A DNA stretch of 64,000 nucleotides, taken from NCBI GenBank assembly GCA_951804945.1, contig OX638155.1:43586001-43650000 (forward strand). Direction: 5' to 3'. Both the position numbers and the translations under genes were made by a program. Position 1 is the first letter of the stretch. Each line of letters begins with the position of its first letter. Below the pieces are notes generated by a model. The model was not told the DNA's origin, ran no database searches, and saw only the letters and a list, made by a program, of their open reading frames with translations. This document shows, piece after piece, positions 13,537 to 27,097 of the stretch. The stretch is from Podarcis cretensis (taxonomy: Eukaryota).

Positions 13537-13986
13537 GATTTTTTTTCTCAGAACTGGGTTTCCTTTGAAAACAGTTGATTTGTTACTGTGGCATACCCCA
13601 TAACTTCTAGACCTGAGTAGTTAACCAGAACAACTCATCAAGCTTCACCACTAAATCCACCATAAAATGCACTGGCATGAATCCAGTGATCTACTTTAGG
13701 TGGGTTCAATGGCCTGGGCATGTACAGTGGGACTTTCCACCCACCCACTTTGAACAATAAGCACAATTCCATTTGCTGCTGTTTCCTGGGGCTTACTTTG
13801 AAGTTGTTTTTTAATTAGCTTTTGTTGTATCTATTGTATGTGTTTTTTATGCTGCACGATTTCTCTGCTGCTTTGAAGACTTCAGTAGAGAAATGGCTAA
13901 TAATTACCAAAAACTGTTTTTGCAAATCCCATCCGTTGCAGAAGTTTGCCATGTGGTATAAGGAACTGCTTGGGCATGTAAACCTA

Positions 13987-14186
13987 GGGCATGTTCACAG
14001 TACAGCTTGCTCCACATCCAGGGTGCTCCCACTGCTAATTGTTGAAGCCTCATCGCACAACATTAGTCACAATCCATACGGATCCTATATTTTCTCGACA
14101 AATACTGCAGTCTTTCCTCAAACCAGTTTCAATCTAGTGAGAAAACTGAATGTGGAATAAGTAGTAATGTGAATGTGAGCATACCC
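13987..14186 (-). mobile_element. Old Harbinger-type MITE, family B
   Basis: TTAGTCACAATCCATA is the reverse complement of the family B core; TIR GGGCATGTTCACA / TGTGAGCATACCC. Confidence 0.65.
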
Positions 14187-14913
14187 TAACATTCATCAGG
14201 CATGCACAGATGAGCACAGATGACAACTTAGCGAATAGAAGTGCCTGGGAGGACAGGTTGCAGATGCAGGAAACTGAAAAGATTATGCACATTGGGTGAA
14301 GACATCCCCATCCACACTCTGATGTTAATAACAATGTGGCTTGAAACACGGGGCGGGGGGGGGGGCGGGAGAGGAATGACCTCATTGCATTTCAAGCCAC
14401 TAATGTGAACATATCCCTAGTTGTGTGGTTCTTTGGCTTTAGTTCACTATAAACTGCTAACTGCAACAACTAATTGGGCTACTTATTTCCCTCAGAGCAA
14501 CAGGATTCTGAAATCACTAGTCAGAAACAATTGCTTCTCACTACAGACCAGTTCACTAAGTATCATAGAGTTGAAGGAAGTCTTGGTGACTATCAAGTCT
14601 GCTTATTGCTGGAAATCCAGGTGGTTGTCTTGTCTCTGCTTGAAGACTTCCACTGAAGGAGAGTCATTCCTGATAGTCTATAGCATGAAAGGGTTGCCAT
14701 GTATCAACGAGCCATTATGTAATTATGACTACAGATAAAGCTTTTTCTCACATCCAATGTCAACTCAAACAAAATAGTGCCAGTGTGGTATAGCAGTGGC
14801 CGTTAGGGAGACCAAGCTTTAAATCCGTCCTCAGCCTCAAAGCTCCTTACTCTGTCAGCCTAACTAGCTCACATAATTGTTTGGGGGTGAAAATTGGGAA
14901 TAAGGGTCATTTA

Positions 14914-14963
14914 CATGGGGTCACGAAGAGTCGGACACGACTAAATGACTAAACAACAACAAC
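14914..14963 (+). mobile_element. Very short BovB 3' tail
   Basis: CATGGGGTCACGAAGAGTCGGACACGACTAAATGACTAAACAACAAC, apparently inserted into an older MIR-like SINE remnant (~14778-15020). Confidence 0.85.
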
Positions 14964-16988
14964 ATTGCCCAAGGTCCTTATTATATATCTACATTATATC
15001 CCAAGGTGGGATATAAATATAACATTTTTTTAAAAAAATGAAAATGATTTACTGTACTCATTTGGCTGAGAGTCATTTGGCTCTGAATATATAAAATCAA
15101 TGTACAAACAGTATAAGTGTAAACTAGCTTAAATTATTTTACATGCTTTCATTACTAAATTTTAATCCCTCACATTTTCCAATCTCTTGTCACACTACTC
15201 TTAAGTGCATATAGAGCTGTTTCTCAGGAGCTTGGCCAAATGACAGACCCATTATTGAATTGCCTGAGGTGTGTCTGTGCATTTTCTTGGCAGAGACCCT
15301 GTTCTTTTAACAGCTGTGTGAAAGTTAGACAACACTGCATATGCCACACTTTCCAAGGCATCTTCCAGTCACTTCCCTTATTGCAAAAATCCCAGTTTTG
15401 GGGTGGGGGAAAACATCTTGTGCAAGAGCTTCAAATCCACTTCAACTGTGAAACCTGAAACTGCTAGAATGTGATTGAATGCCACTCAAAGACAGCACTC
15501 CTAGTCGACTGTGGATCACCTTCTACAATCTGCATGATATTTTTATATTAAGCTGCTGTGCGAAGTTATGTGAGGTAAGAAGCCATTGCTATAGTGATGA
15601 TACCCAATTGTAACTGTCCTTTTTATCTATATAAGTAAATAACAAGTACAAATTCAGCTGGTGTGCATTGGAAACAGGAATGTAGCCAGAGGTTAAAAGT
15701 TGCAACTCTCAAGCACATCTTCATGCTAATTTGAAAAGATGGAAACTATTTTGGAAGGTTAAAGTTAATTTGATAAGATGGAAACTACTTCAGCTCCTTT
15801 TAAAAAAATACAAAAGAAAGTGAAGAAAATAATTTGTATATTCTTAAACTCACACTTGAGTAAGGGCTCATTCTGGGTTTCCTGTTTCCAATCAGTACTT
15901 TCCTTTTGGACCACTCTTGCTCCCATACACTTCCTTTTCCCCTTTGTGCCCTTTGCTATGACCCAGATCATCTGAATGCTTTGAGCTGAAATTCCATCCC
16001 TGCTCCATTTTCCCCACAGGGTTACTCTGCTGTTGCTCTTTTAACTTGGCATATGAACTTAGTTCCAACTATATCCCTTACTTTGTTTATGGGTAATATC
16101 CAAGTAAATCACAGAATAGGTCTGTTGAAATCAGTGGATTGAGAATGGATTAGCTCAAATTCATTGATTTCATTGGGTCTGAGTGAGTGGGCATGACTTT
16201 ATTGGATACAATATCATGTCTGAATTTGACTACACTTTACAGCCACCTACACAATTGACACCCCACAGGGAAACCTCTCTCTGACCTCACTGCAGCCCTG
16301 CCCTGCCCTAGTGTTGTCCAAATAAGATAAAGGAGCAAAAGTGTCAGGAGGGCAACTCCTTTGGGCTAGCCCACCACACTGGCTGGTACTGCATAAGACT
16401 ATGCTACGAGTGTGCAGTAATTTCACTGCTTTTATTTCATGGAATTTCTTCCATGGTAACACAGAGATTTTAGCGGTCAAAAATCCACACCAGCACAAAC
16501 TTCTCAGAAGTTCCAGAAGCAAAGAAAATGGCTTCATAAAAAGATTTAGGACAGAGCCTTTTAATAAAGTTATTGCCACGATTTTATTAAGAGGTAAAAG
16601 GGAAAGACAGGAGTGGAGACCAGAATGAGAACATTGAACATGCCCTCTTGCTGGGAAGATCTACACATCTTTAATAAATGAAAAGCACTTTACTAGAATC
16701 TTTATCTTTGGAAGCAATTATTTTTCAAAGTCACGGGCTTCAGACGCTGCAAAGATGCTGTCTTTTGCTCTCCACCTCTGCAAGTGCTTTAAGATTTAAG
16801 AAACCTGTTGGCTTGAGTTCTAATAAATCCAAACAAATGCTTTGATTTTTTTAATTAAATTTTTACTGCTATCTGCATTTGATATCTCAGCCAAATTGTA
16901 TCCGCTGCAAGAGCAACAAAAAAAGTCACATCAAAGGGGAGCTGCACCTCATGACCTGTAATTATGGGATTTATTGCTCCATGACATA

Positions 16989-17551
16989 CCGTATTTTTCG
17001 CTCTATAACACGCACCCGACCATAACACGCACGTAGTTTTTAGAGGAGGAAAACAAGAAAAAAAATATTCTAAACAAAACAGTGGATGTATGATTTTTGT
17101 GGTTCATGCTGTGGCCACAGAAATGTGATCTTACAGTGAGTTTGGAGTAGCCCAATGCAAAAATCCTGAGGATCCTTTGTAACCACATTTTAAGTGGGGA
17201 GGGAAGGAAAAACACTCAAGGGACAAGGAGCATGCGTGGGGTGGGTGGAGAAGGATGCTGCTAATAATGCAGAAGAGGGGTATAAGGGGAGAAGGCTCCT
17301 CTCCTCTCCCGCTTTGCTCCTTTAAAGAAGCAGGCTCTCTGTCCCTCTCTCCTCCCCACTCAGCGGCTCTTCTCCCGCTTTGCTGTTTCAAAGCGAGCCA
17401 CGGAGAAGGAAGGGGAACCATGGATCCTCTGCTCACGACTGCAGCAGATCCCCCCCCCGCGACCCGTAGGCATTCCCTCCATAACACGCACAGACATTTC
17501 CCCTTACTTTCTAGGAGGAAAAAAGTGAGTGTTATGGTGCAAAAAATACGG
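16989..17551. mobile_element. Tc2/pogo-type MITE
   Basis: TA TSD; TIR CCGTATTTTT / AAAAATACGG; subterminal ATAACACGCAC repeats. Confidence 0.88.
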
Positions 17552-17807
17552 TACACTATAAGATGCACCTGCTGTCTGATAGTCTCTACTATATGACCCA
17601 CGGCTGAAACAAAGGTACTTTTCTGAAGTGGGGTGAGCCGGTACATTTTAAGCAGGCCTTTTCATCCCAAGAAAGTACCGGTAGCTACGTCTGGGAGTCA
17701 TCTACCAAAAAACACTGCTTGTGCTGAGCTAGAAAAAGCCTGTGAAAATGAAGTTGTGATTTGGTAACAAAAATGAAGTCCTGTATAACAGGATAGTGAA
17801 TGTCTCA

Positions 17808-18039
17808 GGTTATGTACACACTTCTGGCTCAAAACACAGCTAGGTTGTTTTTTCCTCCCATTTGGATCAAAGCTAGTTTGTGGGGGGGGGGGGACGCATC
17901 AAAATGCAATATTTCATAAGAAATTACAGGACAGATACAGGATAGATATGGATTGTGACTAATAACATGTATACAATATTAACCAAACCAGCAGCGGAAA
18001 CACATTGGATGCAGAGTAAATAGGAGTGTGTACACGGCC
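17808..18039 (+). mobile_element. Old Harbinger-type MITE, family B
   Basis: TCA TSD; TIR GGTTATGTACACACT / AGTGTGTACACGGCC; core CAGGATAGATATGGATTGTGACTAA...TGGATGCAGAGTAAAT shared with three other loci. Confidence 0.72.
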
Positions 18040-18059
18040 TCAATGTTCTGTCTTTTCAG

Positions 18060-18093
18060 TACTACTACTACTACTACAACTACTACTACTACT
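18060..18093 (+). repeat. (TAC)n microsatellite
   Basis: Direct reading, one interruption. Confidence 0.9.
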
Positions 18094-18416
18094 GCCATTA
18101 CTAACTTGGCTTAAATAAACTCATTTGACAGTCTGTATAGCATAAACGTTATATGCTCTATGACCTTTACATAGGCCTCTCACTTGAACTGCCCAAGTAA
18201 CAGATTTTATTTATTTATTTAAAGTGCTGGCAGTCTGTCTAGTAATAGCAGTGGTAGCCTTGAGAAAGGAACAGTGATAGTTACTTTGAACAAAATAGCT
18301 TTCTCTTAATTGATATTGTTGAAGTTACAGCACAGCAATTTAACAGCTACCGTTATAGTTATTCATACATTAGCAAGGGCAGCTGCTACCATTTGTGTAG
18401 TGCAAGAGTTGAAATA

Positions 18417-18652
18417 CAGTGGTACCTCGGGTTACAGACGCTTCAGGTTACAGATGCTTCAGGTTACAGACTATGCTAACCCAGAAATAGTACCTCGGGT
18501 TAAGACCTTTGCTTCAGGATGAGAACAGAAATTGTGTGGTGGCAGAGCGGCAGGAGGTTCCATTAGCTAAAGTGGTACCTCAGGTTAAGAACAGTTTCAG
18601 GTTAAGAACGGACCTCCAGAACGAATTAAGGTCTTAACCCAAGGTACCACTG
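18417..18652 (+). mobile_element. Tc1/mariner (Tigger-like) MITE, family A
   Basis: TA TSD, TIR CAGTGGTACCTCGGGTTA, internal CTTCAGGTTA repeats. Confidence 0.92.
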
Positions 18653-19548
18653 TACTTGTGCACAGCCATTGCAAATACAGGCCCCATTCACATCAAACAA
18701 CGTGTTCTACACATTGTGAGGAATGCTGAACCAGGTTGGCGGTTGGTTTTGTGCCCTGCCATGAGCAGAATATAGACACGGGGTCCTTGTGTGAACAGGT
18801 CCCATGATGCCAGTATGAGTAAGCAGCTGAGATTCTATTTGCAAGACCTGTGGACATTTTACTCAAAAATAAACTGCTGCTATTAAAAGAGCCACTTAGC
18901 ACATGTACTTTGTTTCTTATCAGTTTGCTCTCTCTCTACAACAAAGACTAGGAAAATATTGGCATGAGTCATTGCTCTTGTAAGATGATGCACATACCCT
19001 CCAAGCAGGACAGTCAACAGCCATATTAAGTGTGGCAATAGTGTGGGCAGTGCAATCTGTGACTGATCTATCAACAATAATCTATAGTACTCACTCACTC
19101 TGTTTCTCTCTCTGTTTCTCCCCCCCCCCTTTTTTTTTAATGGGGTGACTTAAATGTTCTAATAAAATGAAGCAGTGGAATGTTTCCAGATGTCCACAAC
19201 ACTAGCAGGAAGAAAGTGCTCTAAGCCTAATGTTCTACCAACCCAGCATCCTTTCCTTATTAAATCATTCTTCCACTTCAACTTCTGGGGCAGGAGGTTG
19301 TAAAGAAGGAAAAAAGAAAAAGCTCACAAAAGTGTTTTGACAAATCCTTTCAAACCACACCAGGATAACAGTGACAGCAAAAGTCTGCTGACCAAGTTAT
19401 TTAACTATGTGTTTACATCCCATTTATTTCCATGGGGTTTCTTAGTGCCAAGGCTTCTGAGGATGGCAGTTGTTTAACCTAGCAAGGACTGAACTGCTGC
19501 ACATGCAGCTTGCCTCATTTGTTTTAATAAAGGAGCAGCTATACATGC

Positions 19549-19693
19549 CCTGGTTCGCCAGAAGCGGCTTAGTCATGCTGGCCACATGACCTGGAAGCTG
19601 TATGCCGGCTCCCTTGGCCAGTAAAGCAAGATGAGCGCCACAACCTCAGAGTCGTCCGCGACCGGACGTAATGATCAGGAGTCCCTTTACCTT
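19549..19693 (+). mobile_element. 5'-truncated Sauria SINE
   Basis: Same body and tail; TSD TATACATGC (19540-19548, 19694-19702). Confidence 0.88.
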
Positions 19694-19877
19694 TATACAT
19701 GCAAAGGTGATGTATGCATGGAGCTTTTCTCTCAGCTGAAGTGAATAACAGTCTATGTGGGTAGGAGTATATCACAAGCACCTCAAAATTCCCCCGCCAC
19801 CATGACCTAAGTGGATGAGAGCAACTTTCTTCAATTGTCTTACCTTGGAGAAGGCAGAACCAACGGTCAGGGAGGCA

Positions 19878-20053
19878 GGAAGGGCCGTGGCTCAGTGGAA
19901 CAGTATCTGCTTTGGATTTAGATAGTCCCAGGTTCAATCCCTGGCTGGGAAAGACCAGTGGGGGGGGGGCTACTGCCAGTCAGTGTAAACAATGCTGAGC
20001 TACATGGACCTAATGGTCTGACTCAGCATAAAGCAGCTTTCTATGTTCCTATG
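19878..20053 (+). mobile_element. Squam3-like SINE
   Basis: A box GTGGCTCAGTGG, B box GGTTCAATCCC, tail GGTCTGACTCAGCATAAAGCAGCTTTCTATGTTCCTATG. Confidence 0.75.
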
Positions 20054-21140
20054 ATGTTCACTTAGCAAGCGGTAAGTTAGAATCAGAATTGATGAGGCAG
20101 GGAATCCTGGCTGCCATATGTTCTTGGGAGTTGTCTGTACCTATGCAGGCAATACTAAAGTGCTGGATCACAGAAGCTCTTCACCATCTGCATTTGAGCC
20201 CTGGCTGCTGCTTAAGGCTGTGGTTAGGCTATCGCTGTTTTGAAATATTTTTTATGTGCATTTCTACTGCACACGCAGAGCATTTCCCAAGTTCAAGGTA
20301 CCCTGGAAGTCATCCTTCCACTTGTGCATCTCAGTTACTCACTAACAAGCTATGTTCAGTAGTATATTGGCTCTCTTTTTCTCATATTAAAAGCTATTAG
20401 GCCTATGCCTGAACTTTTCCATCAGCATATACAGCACTGTCCACATCTTGGAGTGTATTGAAACAACCTATCACACTTTGATAGGCAAGAGCAAATTTCA
20501 AACTGACATCAAAAGATATTTTGCACTAATTACTGCCTAAATAAAAAAAGCTGGGTTTCTGGACACCAATGCATCACAACTATAGTGGATGATTGATACT
20601 GTCTTGCTAGCTTAAGATCCGTTCAGTATATAAACATATAATTTGTCATTGCTTTATTCTCTGGAAAAAAGCATTTCAAATAAATCTTAGGTAAAGTCAC
20701 CTTGATGCTTGACTCCAGCCTGTGCAAACAGCCCCTGCAGCTCTTTTAAAAGAAAATGGGGGGTGGGGGTGAGGCTCACTTAACTCTCTCAATTCTATAA
20801 TTAGTTCTGCTGGCATTTGCTTTTCACATAAAGCAAGGACCAGGTTATATAGGGTAAAGATTAACTAGATATTGACCAAGGCGTCTCTGATAGAGGTAAA
20901 AGTAAAGCTCTAATGTCCAAGATTAGACATATGTAGGAATGAATGTCTGTATTGACCTTTGAAATGCTTCAGTTCAGAAGCAAAAGTGTTCAAAGAAGAG
21001 ATGGATGAACAGTGGAGGCCTCACGGGTTAAAATAACTAACCGGGAAGGTACATTTCTTTAAGGGTTACTTTGTTGTCACTTAATAATTTGCAAATGCAA
21101 ATGCAACACTCACATTTATTGCAGAAACAGTAAAAATCTG

Positions 21141-21191
21141 TTTCAGATTGGACTAATTTCAAATTGGACTAATTTCAGATTGGACTAATTT
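21141..21191 (+). repeat. 16-bp tandem repeat x3
   Basis: TTTCA(G/A)ATTGGACTAA three times. Confidence 0.9.
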
Positions 21192-21489
21192 AGGTTATTT
21201 TCCATGATGGATTTGAACTAATAAAAATTCTGTCCCATATTTGATTCATTAAAGCTATCTTACAAGTAGTTTTATTATTTTTCAAAACAATGATATCCTT
21301 TTAAGAAATATCTATTCAGAGCAAACATCCCAAGAGGGTTCTCTTTGGAGAAAAAAAGAACATGATTTTTCCTCAATACACTCTGTATAAACATTCCAAT
21401 TCAGTATAAGCTGTAGACTTGCCATTTTTGCTGCTGCTTACCCCAGTTTGTAAACATTTGAAATGATTTTCAAAAAGCTGTTAATTGTG

Positions 21490-21603
21490 GAACCTTAAAG
21501 ACTTAACAAATTTATTATGGCATAAATGTTTGTGGGCTACAATCTACTTCATCAGATACACAAAAGCTTGTGCCACAATATGTTTGTTAGTATTTAAGGT
21601 GCT
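21490..21603. mobile_element. Older Penelope-like palindromic remnant
   Basis: ACCTTAAAGACTTAACAAATTTATTATGGCATAA...TTGTGCCACAATATGTTTGTTAGTATTTAAGGT inverted repeat, with central CTTCATCAG (CTGATGAAG on the minus strand). Confidence 0.55.
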
Positions 21604-21780
21604 GTAAGACTCTTTATTAAAGATTTCAGAAACTTCCCATCTGGATAATACTCTCACCCAGGGGAAGGATTTAAAATGGTAATTAAAATATGGTGTGCTT
21701 TGGAGTTAAATGCATCTTTGTTGCCAAGGTACAATAATAAGAAGATAGGGCAAATTGGGGAAATGAACTATATGTTTAGA

Positions 21781-21925
21781 CAAAAAATTCCTTCCAGTAG
21801 CACTTCTGAAGAAGTGTGGATGCACACGAAAGCTCATACCTAGAACTAACTTAGTTGCTCTTTAAGGTGCTAGTGGAAGGAATTTTTTGTTTTGACTATG
21901 GCAGACCAACACGGCTACCTATCTG
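21781..21925 (+). mobile_element. Penelope-like element terminal fragment with short inverted segment
   Basis: CTGAAGAAGTGTGGATGCACACGAAAGCTCATACC...CAGACCAACACGGCTACCTATCTG; TSD TATATGTTTAGA (21769-21780, 21926-21937). Confidence 0.8.
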
Positions 21926-22309
21926 TATATGTTTAGAGCAAAACTTTCATGGTCTCTTCTGTCCAGAGGAAATTGGGTCAAAAAAGCAGAAACAACTGAA
22001 TGTGGAAAGCTATACTAGAAAGCCAAACATTGATCAGTTTAGTATTTTGCTTTAAAAAAAAATTAATTCAGAGACCCTGTTTGACTAGTTTCCTCTTTTA
22101 TCAATATGTGAAATAAATGTTTAAAGGAAGCACAATGAGTCTATTACAGCCTTTCTAATATAACAGTTTATGATTCTGCAGTTGGCTCCTGTATAAAATG
22201 CAAATTTGCTGTCTATCAAATTACAAGTGCTGCTGTTTGAAGGAGTGAGGAAACTTATATTTGGTCATTGAGATTTCTTTTTTCTCCTTATACAAGGGGC
22301 AGGATATAA

Positions 22310-22463
22310 GAATAACAGAGTCACAGAATTGTAGACTTGGAAAGCACCCTGAAGATCATCTAGTCCAGCCCCCTGTAATGCAGGAATATGCAACTGTCCC
22401 TCAAGGGGATCAAACCTGCAGCCCTGGCATTATCAGCACCATGCTCCAACCAACTGGGCGATC
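22310..22463 (-). mobile_element. tRNA-head/CR1-tail SINE (Squam2/POM-like)
   Basis: Homologous to 3487-3623. Confidence 0.78.
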
Positions 22464-23835
22464 CATTGAAGAACTGTGTCAAGCAGAAACTCCATGGATT
22501 TGGTTGTGAACATCACTGCATTCTCCTCTTAGTGGAAAGCTGAAATTCTATTTCTCAACATACTGTCATTCAGCTGAGGTTTAAGAAAATAGGCTCACGG
22601 GTGTTCTATGATATAAGAGAGATCTGTATGGATGAGAGGCAGGCAGAAACTAAAGAAAGCAGAAGAAAAATTAGGAGTGAGGGCATAGAAACCAAACTTT
22701 TAGAATACTTAATGATAATAATTACATTATTTATTTTACTTGTTGGTTAATGTGAAGACAAAAAGAGTGCAAAGAAAGAAAGAGCTTCATATGGAAGCAA
22801 TCTGAATTTTCAGGGAATAAAAACAAGTAACATCTTTATGTCAAGCATGATTCAGTGCATCATACTGTATTTAATTATAACTGGGATGGTCTGGTAGAGT
22901 ATTAGGCAAGTTGCAAGTTTCTGGCTTTGGCTGCTTAGGTAGATGCTTGTTTCCAAAGCTGCAGGCACAGTGTAAATCACATCAATGACAGATATCCTCC
23001 AATTTTGTATTTATATTTTTTCAGATTATAACATTTACCACATCCATTATACTTTTAAGCCACTCTTTAGGCTAAAAGATTAATTATGTTCTGCATCAAT
23101 ATAGACTGAGCAATAAATACCAAATCATTAAAATGTATATTCTTTTCCACTCAATCCTTATTCTAATTTTTTGTGTGCAGTGCAAAAAACCCAGTGTAAT
23201 AATCCTGGTAGGGATTATCAGATGGGCACACAGGAAAGACAAGCACAGAGATTTGCTGGTTTCCTTGCACCGTACTAGCCAAAAACCTGTTACAATTTCA
23301 TGTGATAAAGTTTTTCAGGGCTTCATGTCTTCTTTGATAGGTAAGTGTCTGTTTGTTGGTATGCCACTTATTATTCAGAAAAGACTGAAACATCAGGAAT
23401 ACTGAACAGGGACATATGTGGATATATCACGAGTCACATTTCTTATCCTCTTTGTCTTGCACTTCCAGCTACAGTTTGTGTGGAGCATCTGCAAAAGAGC
23501 AGTGTGGATCAGCTTTGGGGGGGGGGTCCCCAAAAACTGGCAAAAAAGGGTGGAATCTATTTGATGGGGACAACTGACCTGCACCCAGTTATAGGGATTT
23601 TTTTATATATAGTAAACCTTGAGATGAGTTTAAGAACACTTTCAGAAAAGTGCAAGCTAAACTTAAATATCATTGCATACAAAGAAACGCAGGTGATGAG
23701 TTTTCATGGGGCATCTTGAGTCATACCCACTAAGTTTCATGACATGGGGCTAAAGCAAAAGAGCAATGATGTTTCCACCAGTCCAATATTATTTTAATAA
23801 GTGGGTCACTTACAAGGGATGGTTGATGGCCAAAT

Positions 23836-24015
23836 GAGGAAAGGCAGTAGTTCAGTGGCAGAACATCTACTTTGTATGCAGAAGGTCCCTGACAAATCTC
23901 TGGAATCTCCAGGCTTGGAGAGAAACTTGTCTGAAGTCCTGGAGAGCCAATCAGTGCAGACAGTGTAGATGGGCCAATGGTCTGATTCACTATAAGGCAG
24001 CTTCCTGTCTTCCTA
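23836..24015 (+). mobile_element. Squam3-like SINE
   Basis: Homologous to 19878-20053. Confidence 0.72.
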
Positions 24016-24889
24016 AGTTATAGGTGTTGCTTGCATTGACTGTGGTGTTGAGTTCCAAGGAATGTAATTAAGCAGATGCAACCAATTGCTGTTTCGTTGC
24101 CACATACTGGGATCAAAGTTGGTTGCAACAAAAGGGGCTCCTTCTCTGCTTACCACAATGATGCAACCATTGCTCAGAGCAAATTCACATGTGCAGTCCT
24201 GAGACATGTACTGAGTTCCACCTGAAGCAAGCTGTTGGGTAACCTCTCCTGTGAGTGTAAACATAAGAACCTTAATGGTTTCTGCCATCATTAAGAAACC
24301 ACTTAATCCAGTAGTATGACATGTGGCTAAATCTTAAGGGCTTAAAAATGTTAGTTTTATCTAATAATGCTCTGCAGCTCACCTATGTAACAAGCTCAGG
24401 GCAAAATATATCTTGGTGTGAATGACACTAGAAAAGAATTCACAAGGCAATCACAGATAGTAAAGATGTAGTCATTATGCCAGGAAGTGATCTCACATTC
24501 CAAGAAAAGCAGAGGTTGTAATGCAAATGCAGACTATCTCTGAAATGAATAGAAGCTTTGACTGCCAAGCAAAAATGAAGTTCAAAGCTAGAAAATGGGA
24601 TTGTCTTATCCTTCATAAGTTACTGCCAGAAAACAGAAAAGATACAGCAATTGCCTTCAACAGAATGAAACACACCTGTTGCTTATGAAAATGCAGCCCA
24701 TATGTCGGTCACAATTTTTCTTTCTGTCTTGACTTACAAACAGCAATCAACCAAGCTTTCTTTAATCCTTCCAGTAATGTTGCTGTGTTAAAGTTGCTTC
24801 TGTATAGTTCGCTTGCCAGTTGCTTATTTCAAGCAGAGGCAATAGGAGTGGGTTTAAGTCACAATCCAGAGAACGTTAAGCACAACTAA

Positions 24890-25202
24890 GGGCTTAACCA
24901 CACTTAACTTTTGTCTCGCTCTTTGCAGGCAGGGGTCTGCACTTTAACACTTCATGCCTGTGTTTTGTTTCATTGGGTTTTTTTGCCTCAAGCTTGCTCT
25001 GTGAACACTCGCTCTTTAAAGCTGAATTGGAGCAAACATCAATTCGGGTTTTCTGCATATTGATGTTTGCTCTGATTGAACTCTAAAGAGTGGGTTTTCA
25101 GATGGAAAGCTCTGGAGCAAAAGGGGGGGCACTTGGACATGGAGCTTTAAACTGTGGACAATACCTGGAAAGAGCAGTGGAAAGATAAGTGTGGATAAGC
25201 CC
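24890..25202. mobile_element. PIF/Harbinger-type palindromic MITE
   Basis: TAA TSD on both sides; TIR GGGCTTAACCACACTTA / TAAGTGTGGATAAGCCC; internal hairpin. Confidence 0.85.
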
Positions 25203-26243
25203 TAAATCCCACTGAAGTCAATGGAACCCAAGAATTGCATTGATGACAATGGCATTACTGCCTTCCTAACATTCTCTGGGACACTCTCCACATAAATTCA
25301 GTGTTGTATTTTCTTCCCAAAACATTTTTTTAATTAACACATGAGAATGTTGACGGCTTAGCTATTTATATCTAACAGATTTCTAGTTAGATGAAACAAT
25401 ATTTTTTTCCATAGAATATGACAGAATTCCTTTAAAGCTTGTCAACACACATTGTGCCAGCTATTTTGGTTTAGACCATTTTCCAGCACAATGTTTGGAT
25501 AGCCTTCAGAGATTAAAGTGAATTGCAGTTGTTTTTAGTTTAAAGAGATGGGTGGGGAAATCCTGAGCAAGACTGGTTTCCTGTGGCATATAGTGAGACA
25601 CCTGAAAGATAGCACATAAAACTGAATTGTCTATCAAAAGAAAGAAGTGCTGGCAAAGTCAGTCCAAAATTTTGAACATAAACTTTATTTCCTTAAGGAG
25701 TGGGGAATGTTGGTGGCACGGCTGAACATCAAAATAAAATGATACTTATTCATTTATTTGCAACATTTTTATACTGCTTTTAATCACTGGTTTCAATGAG
25801 ATATTGCATCTGACAGTGGAGCATGCCTCTCCCTTAAAAAGTAGTGGCAACCAGAGCTAAGCTGCCTTCATTTGCTACCCCAAGTATATTCCCATCCTCT
25901 ATTATCTACACATAGGCTATAACTAGACTGGAGCAACTGCCTGGAAAACTTTTGATACATAAGAGATCAAACCCATGGTAGATTAAGGAGGAGACTCAGG
26001 AGATAACAGTGTGGCGAGGTCTCATAAAGAACACCGTAGCCCATTCAATTCAAGAAACATGTTGACAAATAGATAATGATTCAGAAGAAAGTGACAAAGA
26101 TACTAAAGACAAAGGAGACAATTATTTTTTTCATTTAATATGAAAGAAGAAAATCAAGGGGACAGTATGCTGACAATACTAATGATGAGTAGCAGCCATT
26201 GTGTCACTCAAGCACCAGGTTTGTCTTATGTAATCCCAATCTT

Positions 26244-26748
26244 AACCTAGACAGCATCCTAAAAAGCAGAGACATCACCTTGCCAACAAAGGTCCATATA
26301 GTTAAAGCTATGGTTTTCCCAGTAGTGATGTATGGAAGTGAGAGCTGGACCATAAAGAAGGCTCATCGCCAAAGAATTGATGCTTTTGAATTATGGTGCT
26401 GGAGGAGACTCTTGAAAGTCCCACTGCAAGAAGATCAAACCTATCCATTCTTAAGGAAATCAGCCCTGAGTGCTCACTGGAAGGACAAATCGTGAAGCTG
26501 AGGCTCCAATACTTTGGCCACCTCAATAGAAGAGAAGACTCCCTGGAAAAGACCCTGATGTTGGGAAAGATGGAGGGCACAAGGAGAAGGGGACGACAGA
26601 GGATGAGATGGTTGGACAGTGTTCTTGAAGCTACCAGCATGAGCTTGACCAAACTGCAGGAGGCAGTGGAAGACAGGAGTGCCTGATGTGCTCTGGTCCA
26701 TGGGGTCACAAAGAGTCGGACATGACTAAATGACTAAATTACAACAAC
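26244..26748 (+). mobile_element. BovB LINE 3' fragment
   Basis: NLDSILKSRDITLPTKV..VMYGSESWTIKK..IDAFELWCWRRLL; near-perfect TSD AAT(C/T)CCAATCTT. Confidence 0.95.
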
Positions 26749-27097
26749 AATTCCAATCTTTCCCTTTGGTGGGAATTTATGTGTGGGCATACAAGCCCAG
26801 AGAATACCTCTGTTAGGGAGAAGCTCTGCAGAGTCTAGACTGCAGAAAGGGCTGCATCTCCATCCTCAGGAGTCATGCCCATGGCTGATTGGGTTCTCGG
26901 CAATGAAAGACTGAAGGGGTGTAAGATCATGACAATGCTTTGTAGCTTTCTTTGGGCTATTTAATAAAACCTTTAGCCTTTAACCTTCACCCCATTTGGG
27001 TGTTCATTGTGTTCTGGATGTAAGAAAAACCACTGCACCTTTAAAAATACAATTATCATTATAATTAACTGTAGGTTGGGTTGCCCATTCTCTAGAT

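Noticed and set aside
17131-17646. 171-aa and 113-aa overlapping ORFs
   Set aside because: They lie mostly within a GC-rich MITE and show no transposase motifs.
21141-21191. CRISPR-like array
   Set aside because: Contiguous 16-bp tandem units without spacers, in eukaryotic DNA.
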